A DNA stretch of 50,999 nucleotides from a bacterium (GTDB lineage Bacteria; UBP4; UBA4092; JAOAEQ01). Position numbers and translations under genes: made by a program. The DNA lies in the NCBI GenBank assembly GCA_041946755.1, contig JBHGBB010000003.1, positions 1-50,999 on the forward strand, written 5' to 3'. Numbering within the stretch: the stretch's first letter is position 1; each line of letters starts with the position of its first letter. The notes below the pieces were generated by a model. It was not told where the DNA came from, did no database searches, and saw only the letters and a program-made list of their open reading frames with translations. Below, piece by piece: positions 1 to 7,341 of the stretch.

Positions 1-56
1 GTCGAACCATTGTGACCTGTCGATCCGACCGTTCTCCCAAGCTGAACTACATCCTC
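1..56 (-). tRNA. tRNA-like gene (Ala-like 5' half) with aberrant anticodon arm, truncated by window edge; possible pseudo-tRNA
   Basis: Minus strand reads GAGGATGTAGTTCAGCTTGGGAGAACG-GTCGGATCGAC-AGGTC-ACAATGG-TTCGAC: acceptor 5' strand, D-arm (GTTC/GAAC), AGGTC variable loop and TTCGA are present, but the anticodon arm is only GTCG-GAT-CGAC. Confidence 0.5.
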
Positions 57-184
57 ACATTGATAGCGCAAGATATACGAAAAAAGAACGAAATAATCTA
101 TTATACCATACAAGATTATCCAGAAGAGATTTGTTAAGAATAACAATATGAAGAACGCAGAACTATGTACTAAGTGCTAAATAA

Positions 185-242
185 AAAGTACCAAGTATTG
201 ATAACATTAATTTAGTCCTTCGTCCTCGATACTTGGTACTTT
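185..242. repeat. Heptamer-type inverted-repeat hairpin downstream of gspF/pilC (possible terminator)
   Basis: aaagtaccaagtattga ... tcgatacttggtacttt. Confidence 0.55.
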
Positions 243-248
243 AAAAAA

Positions 249-1361
249 CTATTGAATAATTTTAACCAATGAGAAGTAAGGTAAGAATACCGATAACGCG
301 ATAAATAATACCACACTTCCGATAAAGACTACGAGAATCGGTTCGATAATCGAAGTTAAACCATGAATCAAATCATCGAGCTCCCGTTCATAAGATTCAG
401 CAATCCGCTGGAGAACAGTTTCCAATGCTCCGGCTTGCTCTCCGACCGCAATCAGATCTACCGCTAACGGTGGGAAGAAAATCGATTCGCGTAATTGGTC
501 TTCCATCCTACCACCGCCTTCGATTCCAACCCGGGTGCGTTCAATCGCTTCGGCGACGTTCGGACTGCCGACTGAATCTTTAGCAATTTGTAAACTTTCC
601 AAAAGCCCGATTCCAGAGCGTAATAAGGTCGCGGTAGTTCTCGTGAACCGTGCCATGACCAGTTTCGTAAATATCGGACCGATAAGCCACATTCGAAGCC
701 GAATCCGGTCATATAATAACCTCCCGGATTTGGTTCTGCCATAAATCACCAAGGCAACGATAATAATGATTATTAGCGGTACATAAAACGCCCATTGATG
801 GGTAACAAAATTCGATACTTGCAGCGTTAATCTGGTCGGTAACGGTAATGGAACGTTACTTTGGGTTTTCTTCTCGAATAAGGGAACGAAAACCGGGATG
901 ACATACGTTAATAAGAAAATCACTACCCCGAGACATGCTACCAGCGCTACCATCGGATACATCATTGCCGACCGGATTTTGCTGGTTAATGCGATTCGGG
1001 TTTCCAGCATTTCTGCGATCCGGCGTAACGAGCTCTCTAATACACCTCCGGTTTCGCCTACCCGAACCAAGCTAATCATGAGCGGTTTGAATATCCGGGG
1101 ATATTTGGCTAATCCACCGGATAACGTTCCTCCGCCTTCTACATGGTCAGCAATCTCTTTAACGACTTTTCCCAATTTCGGGTTCGTGGTTCGCTCGGTT
1201 AATATCCGTAGACTACGTAGTAAAGGTACCCCAACATCGATCAATAAAGATAATGACCGGGCAAATATCGATAAATCTTTTTGGGATATCGGTCGAGGGA
1301 TTTGGATCGTTAATACCCCTTTTTTATTTGATTTAACCGCCATATCTTCAGCTCCTTTCAT
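249..1361 (-). CDS. Type II secretion/T4P inner-membrane platform protein (GspF/PilC family)
   Basis: Two T2SSF repeats (GETGGVLE, GEQAGALE), KIRSAMMYP, IIEPILVV motifs, three TM segments. Confidence 0.95.
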   Translation of the reverse strand: MKGAEDMAVKSNKKGVLTIQIPRPISQKDLSIFARSLSLLIDVGVPLLRSLRILTERTTNPKLGKVVKEIADHVEGGGTLSGGLAKYPRIFKPLMISLVRVGETGGVLESSLRRIAEMLETRIALTSKIRSAMMYPMVALVACLGVVIFLLTYVIPVFVPLFEKKTQSNVPLPLPTRLTLQVSNFVTHQWAFYVPLIIIIIVALVIYGRTKSGRLLYDRIRLRMWLIGPIFTKLVMARFTRTTATLLRSGIGLLESLQIAKDSVGSPNVAEAIERTRVGIEGGGRMEDQLRESIFFPPLAVDLIAVGEQAGALETVLQRIAESYERELDDLIHGLTSIIEPILVVFIGSVVLFIALSVFLPYFSLVKIIQ

Positions 1362-1425
1362 TAAAGGCAGTCCCTAGTCCTAAATCAATGTCTATAGACG
1401 ACTGCCTATATCAAATCCATTACGC

Positions 1426-3633
1426 CTATAAATATACTGTACGAATAAGTTCGTCGACAGTAGTTATTCCAGCAAGAACTTTCTTTATACAGCTCTCGCG
1501 AATGGTATTCATCCCTTCATTAATCGCGGTCTTCTTAATTTTAACTTCTGATTCTCCTTCGGTAATCATTCCGCGAATAGTATCGGTCATATTTAATACC
1601 TCATACACTCCGGTTCTGCCAATATATCCGGTCCGGAAACAAGTTTCGCATCCTTTGCCACGAGATAATTTAATTTTATCTTTTGCCCCAAGTCCAAGCT
1701 CTTCTTTCAATGCGGTATCCGGTTCGTATTCCTCTTTACAATGCGGACAGATAGTCCGCACTAACCGTTGTGCGATAATTCCAATCACCGAACTGGCAAT
1801 CAGAAATGGTTTAACACCCAAATGAGTTAAGGTTGTTATCGCACTCGGTGCATCATTGGTATGCAAGGTCGCAAAAAGCAGATGACCAGTTAATGCCGCT
1901 CGAACTGCAATCGCTGCGGTTTCAGCATCCCGAATTTCGCCGACCATAAGAATATTCGCATCCTGTCGTAATACTGCTCGTAATCCGCTAGCGAACGTTA
2001 AATCCACTTTCGGATCTACCTGGACCTGGTTTATGCCCGGTAATTGATATTCAATCGGGTCTTCAATAGTAATAATATTTGCCGTCAGAACATTCACTTC
2101 ATTTAATGCGGAATATAAGGTAGTGGTTTTACCGCTGCCGATTGGACCGGTAACCAGTACCATACCATAAGGCCGATGGATCAGATTCCGCATAATTTCC
2201 AGATCCCGCGGTTCATATCCCAATTGCGGTAATCCTTTCAACACCTGACTTTCATCCAGTAATCGAAGAACAATCTTTTCTCCAAAGTGGGTCGGTAACG
2301 TCGCTACCCGGATATCATAATCCTTTCCATCCATCCGGTGAGTGATATGTCCATCTTGCGGCCTGCGGCGTTCGGTGATATCCATATTCGCCAGAACTTT
2401 TATTCGCGATTGCACCGGCAATTGCTGGTCTTCACCCAAAGTCATAACATCATGCAGCATGCCATCGATACGATACCGAATCCGCATTTTGGGGATTTGC
2501 GGTTCTAGATGAATATCGGTTGCTCGAGAGCGAACCGCAGTTTCGATAATCGAACTGACCAGACTAATTATCGAAACATTATCCACTTGTTGCATGAGTT
2601 GGTCTCTACCAACAACCGGCCCTCGGCCAGGAGTCGCCGTAGAAGCAGCGGGGGTACTTTGTGTGGTTTCCTGAACTGCGGGTCGAAGAGTTGTATCGAC
2701 TTTCGCTTCTTTTTCAGTAGCCGCAGCTTGAATCTCTTCTTCGCTAGGAAATAATTTATCAGTCATGATTTTTAACGGTCCTTCCTCCACCAACATCGGT
2801 TTAATTTGGCAGCCGGTTAACAGTGCCATATCATCGATAGACGACATATCCATCGGATCGAGCATCGCTACCCAAAGGGTCTGTTTATCCCTTTTCACCG
2901 GTAGCGCGTTATGCTCACGGATAAATGGTTCCGGCAACAAATGCGCAACTTCAGTCGGTACAATTTCATTCGATAAATCGATATAAGGAATTTCAAGATA
3001 TTTATCGAAAGTATCTTTAATCTGGTCAATGGTTAAATAACCCGAATCTACCAAAATTTTACCTAAAGGAGCATGCTCAGTCTTTTTCTTTTCAAACGCA
3101 GTCTGCAACTTCTCTTGCGTAATCAATCCCCGCTGGAGTAGAATCCGGCCGATAATCTTATCCTGATTCGCTTCCTGTTGATATCGGATAATATCGCTAA
3201 TATTTTTAGGAGTAACATAACGAAGGTTGATAAGAATTCGTTCTAGTGGAAGGCCAGTAGCCTTTTGCTGATCTAGAGCGGTTTTTAATTGTTCGGGAGA
3301 AATAATTCCGGAATCAATCAGGTTGGTTCCTAAATCGGTTTCCTTCGGTTTATATTGTAAGAGCAGATCTTCTAATTCTTCTTCAGTAAATACTCCTTCT
3401 TCAACCAACGATTTCTGCAAATCTTCCGATTGATCGCGTAATACCGGAACCGAAATCTTATAACTGATTAGGTCTTTAAACGTTTCCAGATTAACTTCCT
3501 GCTTAAGGATGGTTAACAGCGATTTATTGGTTTTCTGATATTCTGATTCCAGCCGTTGCGCTTGTTCTTCAGTTAACATCCCCGCTTGCAGCAGGATTTT
3601 ACCGAGTTTAGTTTCTTTTTTCTTTTTTGCCAT
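1426..3633 (-). CDS. GspE/PilB assembly ATPase with multiple N-terminal MshEN-like repeats
   Basis: Walker A GPIGSGKTTT, Asp box TIEDPIE, MVGEIRD, His box TLHTND, CPHC..CETC. Start placed at MAKKKK (3633) because the upstream extension is translated repeat DNA. Confidence 0.95.
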   Translation of the reverse strand: MAKKKKETKLGKILLQAGMLTEEQAQRLESEYQKTNKSLLTILKQEVNLETFKDLISYKISVPVLRDQSEDLQKSLVEEGVFTEEELEDLLLQYKPKETDLGTNLIDSGIISPEQLKTALDQQKATGLPLERILINLRYVTPKNISDIIRYQQEANQDKIIGRILLQRGLITQEKLQTAFEKKKTEHAPLGKILVDSGYLTIDQIKDTFDKYLEIPYIDLSNEIVPTEVAHLLPEPFIREHNALPVKRDKQTLWVAMLDPMDMSSIDDMALLTGCQIKPMLVEEGPLKIMTDKLFPSEEEIQAAATEKEAKVDTTLRPAVQETTQSTPAASTATPGRGPVVGRDQLMQQVDNVSIISLVSSIIETAVRSRATDIHLEPQIPKMRIRYRIDGMLHDVMTLGEDQQLPVQSRIKVLANMDITERRRPQDGHITHRMDGKDYDIRVATLPTHFGEKIVLRLLDESQVLKGLPQLGYEPRDLEIMRNLIHRPYGMVLVTGPIGSGKTTTLYSALNEVNVLTANIITIEDPIEYQLPGINQVQVDPKVDLTFASGLRAVLRQDANILMVGEIRDAETAAIAVRAALTGHLLFATLHTNDAPSAITTLTHLGVKPFLIASSVIGIIAQRLVRTICPHCKEEYEPDTALKEELGLGAKDKIKLSRGKGCETCFRTGYIGRTGVYEVLNMTDTIRGMITEGESEVKIKKTAINEGMNTIRESCIKKVLAGITTVDELIRTVYL

Positions 3634-3641
3634 AGTTTTAA

Positions 3642-3701
3642 ACCAGTTGGCAGTTGCCAGTATGCAGTTTGCAGTTAACTGCCGACTGCGCACTGCAAAC
3701 T
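3642..3701. repeat. Heptamer inverted-repeat hairpin (CAGTTGG/AACTGCC units)
   Basis: cagttgg cagttgc cagtatg cagtttg cagtt / aactgcc gactgcg cactgca aact fills the intergenic gap. Confidence 0.8.
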
Positions 3702-3705
3702 ATTT

Positions 3706-4176
3706 TTATTGTTCTCCCAGGTCTTCCCAATATACTATTGGATTTGGAGTTTTGGAAATATCTACTAATGCAAAAACGGTCCGAGTCGCCCGAATTTCTT
3801 TTTTAACCTGAATCATGCCTTTTGCCGTCACCTGATAGAGATTACCGGAAGCAATCCCATATTTCGATATCGCATCAGTCCAAGTCGAATTTGCTGGCGA
3901 CCACTCAGCGGTATAAACCAAGCTTATATCGCTCGAAATCGGTTCCATTTTCGGAACCAACTCTCCTTCAATTTTTCCAGCTGCGGGTTTGCTCTTGATT
4001 GAGCCAACCGCTGCTTCAACTCCGGATTTAGCTAAATAGAGGGTTTGTAATCCCTCTTTAGTTTGATTTCCCCGCATTAAACTGAAATGCGCATATCCGG
4101 AATAGGATAACGCGACAATAAAGACTATCGCTACCAGACTTAAAATAATTATAAGAACATAACCACGTTGTTGCAT
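3706..4176 (-). CDS. Short PilX/GspK-like minor (pseudo)pilin
   Basis: QRG|YVLII prepilin site without E5, YLAKSGVEAA motif, C-terminal YQVTAKG..IVYWED. Confidence 0.7.
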   Translation of the reverse strand: MQQRGYVLIIILSLVAIVFIVALSYSGYAHFSLMRGNQTKEGLQTLYLAKSGVEAAVGSIKSKPAAGKIEGELVPKMEPISSDISLVYTAEWSPANSTWTDAISKYGIASGNLYQVTAKGMIQVKKEIRATRTVFALVDISKTPNPIVYWEDLGEQ

Positions 4177-4184
4177 AGAAACAA

Positions 4185-4270
4185 TTAAGCGTTAAGAATA
4201 AAGAATTTAAGAAGCGAAAACTAAAACATTTTGTTTTAACCTTTAACTCTTAATTCTTATTTACCTTATT
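4185..4270. repeat. Octamer-unit inverted-repeat hairpin
   Basis: ttaagaataaagaatttaagaa ... ttaactcttaattcttattta. Confidence 0.55.
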
Positions 4271-4274
4271 TCTT

Positions 4275-4988
4275 TTAACTGCCCATTATTTTTACTATGG
4301 TCGATAATTTAAGCGTTCCACCCGGTTCGTTCGGATGCTGAACAGTAACGATAACTCGAACCTGTTTCGGTAAATTCGGGCGATTCATCCATTCTTCAAC
4401 CCAACCCGGACCGGTAGGTAATTGGCTGTCCCAATATCGGAACTGCAATCCATATTTAACGTTTGGTAATCCGATACCTAACCTGCGAATATTGGTCGTA
4501 TCATTGGATTTGGTTTCATCGACATCGGTTATTACCCGATTAATCCGCGATTCTATCTGCCGATTCGCTTCTCCAACTTTACCAACTAAAGAAGTTTCAA
4601 CAGTATACGATATTTTTTGCAATGAAAAGGCTAATTTCCCTTGATTCTGCATTTTGCTGTTTCCAACAATGATAATCAGCGAATCGGAATCGAGGTTTGG
4701 AATATCACCTTTCTTCCCTTGAAACATTACATCGCCATCTTTATCGTTGACAAAGGATACCGCACCGGATATATCGCGAGCGATCTGGTCAAGCGCCAAT
4801 CGCGCTTCTTCCAATCGGTTGATTTGGGTTAATCCTTTTCTCCCGAGTCTGAAGGTGGTAGTATATACTCCATAAATCAAAGAAACGACTACTGCGGCTA
4901 GAACGATAACCACAATTACTTCTACCAGGGTCAAGCCATTGCGATTGCGGATTGCGGATTGCTGATTTCGGATTCTCGGTTGCAACAT
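4275..4988 (-). CDS. GspJ-like minor pseudopilin
   Basis: NG|LTLVEV N-methylation motif, LDQIARDIS, C-terminal WVEEW..LPKQVRV. Confidence 0.85.
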   Translation of the reverse strand: MLQPRIRNQQSAIRNRNGLTLVEVIVVIVLAAVVVSLIYGVYTTTFRLGRKGLTQINRLEEARLALDQIARDISGAVSFVNDKDGDVMFQGKKGDIPNLDSDSLIIIVGNSKMQNQGKLAFSLQKISYTVETSLVGKVGEANRQIESRINRVITDVDETKSNDTTNIRRLGIGLPNVKYGLQFRYWDSQLPTGPGWVEEWMNRPNLPKQVRVIVTVQHPNEPGGTLKLSTIVKIMGS

Positions 4989-4991
4989 AGT

Positions 4992-5510
4992 TTATTTCTG
5001 TTTTAATGAGATTAGATTAACTTTATGATTGCCTTCTTTATCCGACCAATTTACCTCAACTTCTACTTGAACAAAACCTGCGGGAATCCCATCTTTCTCA
5101 TCGAAATATTTTCGTTCCCAGCGGTAGGTAATATCTTGGACCGCTTCTGTTCCCATGTTACCTATTGCGGATTGTGGATTCGATATTTGAGATTTATTTA
5201 TGGGTTTATCTGCCTTAGATGGATTGGGATTCGGGATTTGTCCGCCTAAGGCGGATGCTGCTGGGATTTCTTCCATTTTCTCCTGCGCGAGATATACACC
5301 GTTGGTATATCCCCGGCTAAGGTTATATGCTTCGAATCCGGTTGAGAACAGCATGGTCATACCAACGATCGCAACAGCAGCGATTGCTATTCCAACAATA
5401 ACTTCTACGATAGTTGAGCCGGAAATGCAGGGTGGGGTAACACGATTTCTGCTATATACAAATCTCTTTATTCTTAAACGGAGAAACATAAATTTTATAT
5501 CGATAGTCAA
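4992..5510 (-). CDS. GspI/PilV-like minor pseudopilin (start uncertain)
   Basis: SG|STIVEV motif, LAQEKMEEI, VEVEVNW; carries an in-frame repeat-derived segment. Confidence 0.75.
   Translation of the reverse strand: MTIDIKFMFLRLRIKRFVYSRNRVTPPCISGSTIVEVIVGIAIAAVAIVGMTMLFSTGFEAYNLSRGYTNGVYLAQEKMEEIPAASALGGQIPNPNPSKADKPINKSQISNPQSAIGNMGTEAVQDITYRWERKYFDEKDGIPAGFVQVEVEVNWSDKEGNHKVNLISLKQK
5241..5255. repeat. REP-like palindrome TCCGCCTAAGGCGGA, copy 1 (inside CDS)
   Basis: Same palindrome at 7009-7023 (1 mismatch) and 27602-27616. Confidence 0.75.
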
Positions 5511-5748
5511 ATAAAATACCCTATTTTACTAGCTTTCAGAGTAGGTTATTTATAAATTTACTCTAAAAACTCATCTTTGTCAAGAGGAGAATTGGTTTTT
5601 TAGTTCATACCAGCCATTTTTGGTATATTTTCTTTCAGGGATTGTATTGACTCGGCTGGAATATAATCATCAGTATTTCAGTGCACTATTCCTAATTGAT
5701 AGGGAATATTTAACGTGCATTAAAAATCAAACTGATTATTTCTTTTTT

Positions 5749-6972
5749 TTAAAATCTGCGGTTTTTACCGGCTCTAAATAGAACTCCATTAATAACGGTT
5801 TGGGTAACCCGATATTGATTATCAAGAATAACCAGATTAGCGATTTTATTCGGTGCAATCGTTCCTACTTGATGCGATATACCCAATATCGAAGCCGGGG
5901 TTAAGGTTGCCATCTGGATAGCATCGACGAAAGGTATCTTAGCATATTTAACCGCGTTCGCTACTGCCCGGTCCATAGTTAAAGTACTGCCAGCAATCGT
6001 TCCGTCCGGTCGGGTAACCTTACCGTTTTTAACGATACTTTTCCGGCCATGTCCTTGTGAATAATAGATTCCGTCGGGTAATCCCGCAGGTTTAACCGCA
6101 TCGGTAATCAACGCTATCTTTTTAGGTCCTTTAAGTTTATAAATCAGTTTTATTATCTCCCAATCGAGATGAATTCCATCGCAGATTACCTGAACTGTTA
6201 TCCGATCATCCAATAAACTCGCTAAAGTTGCCCCGGGATTGCGATGATGAATCGGAGTTATCTGGTTGAATATATGGGTAGTATGAGAAATGCCGGCATC
6301 AAATCCTCGTTTCGCTTCGGCAAAGGTTGCAGCGGTATGGCCGATAGCCGCGATTACCCGATGGCTAACAAGGTCTCTGACTAAAGGCACCGAGTTTTTT
6401 AATTCCGGGGCAAGCGTCATCATTTTGAGGTACTGATCCGCTAATGAAAAGATTTTACTTAATAAAAATCGACTTGGTTTATGAATCGATTCTACTGGTA
6501 TTCCACCTTTCCGGTCAGGATTGATAAATGGTCCCTCTAAATGGATACCCAACATTGTAGATTGTAGATTGATGATTTCGGATTTCGAATTTTTTATTCC
6601 GCAATCTGCAATCCGCAATCCGCATTCCATAAACTCGCGGAGCCGTTTTATGGTTGGAATATGGAATTCCGTTGTGGCTAGGAATCCAGTGGTTCCAGCA
6701 GCAATGAGTTTATTGCAGAGCGCTGGTAGTGAAGACGTATCTTCATCCCAAACATCATGACCGAATGCCCCTTGCAGATGCAAATCGATATATCCGGGAA
6801 CAACCCATCTTAGGCGGGCATCGATAATCTTCGCGGATCGAGGTATTGCAATCTTGCTAGTCGGACCAATCCTTAGAATCCGGCGGTTCTTAATAATAAT
6901 GGTACCGCCATCAATGATGTTTAATGGAGTAATGATACAACCGTTGATTATTGCGAGATAACTAGTTTGCAT
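5749..6972 (-). CDS. nagA: N-acetylglucosamine-6-phosphate deacetylase
   Basis: PGYIDLHLQG, GIHLEGPF, TLAPE, IGHTAA, THIFN, DGIH, LITDA, IAGS motifs. Confidence 0.95.
   Translation of the reverse strand: MQTSYLAIINGCIITPLNIIDGGTIIIKNRRILRIGPTSKIAIPRSAKIIDARLRWVVPGYIDLHLQGAFGHDVWDEDTSSLPALCNKLIAAGTTGFLATTEFHIPTIKRLREFMECGLRIADCGIKNSKSEIINLQSTMLGIHLEGPFINPDRKGGIPVESIHKPSRFLLSKIFSLADQYLKMMTLAPELKNSVPLVRDLVSHRVIAAIGHTAATFAEAKRGFDAGISHTTHIFNQITPIHHRNPGATLASLLDDRITVQVICDGIHLDWEIIKLIYKLKGPKKIALITDAVKPAGLPDGIYYSQGHGRKSIVKNGKVTRPDGTIAGSTLTMDRAVANAVKYAKIPFVDAIQMATLTPASILGISHQVGTIAPNKIANLVILDNQYRVTQTVINGVLFRAGKNRRF
6554..6627. repeat. Heptamer inverted-repeat element inserted in frame in nagA
   Basis: attgtag attgtag attgatg atttcgg atttcga / attccgc aatctgc aatccgc aatccgc; translates as ECGLRIADCGIKNSKSEIINLQST. 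Confidence 0.85.
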
Positions 6973-6997
6973 AATGAAAAATAGTATACCATAAAAT

Positions 6998-7178
6998 AAA
7001 ATATCGAATCCGCCTCAGGCGGACGAATATCGAAGTAAGAATTAAAAGCATACCACGAAAACTCGAAATTTATATAACACGAAATAATTATTTCATTTAG
7101 CTTACCTTCGTGATTTCATTTTTTCGTGCTTTCGTGGTTAAGTCTTAGATTTCGGATTCCGACATTCGGATTTCCGCC
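6998..7178. repeat. Nested inverted-repeat elements in divergent promoter region
   Basis: Outer aatatcga../..ttcggatt arms, TCCGCCTCAGGCGGA palindrome, inner accacgaaaactcgaaa../..tttcgtgctttcgtggt arms. Confidence 0.7.
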
Positions 7179-7341
7179 TTAAATGAGTTTGTACTTGATT
7201 ATAAGTGCTTAATTGTGCTATCATTCCCCATCAAGCTGAGATATTTAAATAGCAGTAGAGAGTAGTAAGTGGACCGTAGTTGGGGAAAAATCATTATTCG
7301 CCCTATCAACAGTCTACGACCTACGGATAACGAGCATTTAT

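Noticed and set aside
3634-3693. N-terminal extension MRSRQLTANCILATANWFKT of the ATPase, and similar extensions on dtd (14489-14533) and hypC (18755-18796)
   Set aside because: Translated hairpin-repeat DNA; family-typical N-termini begin at downstream ATGs
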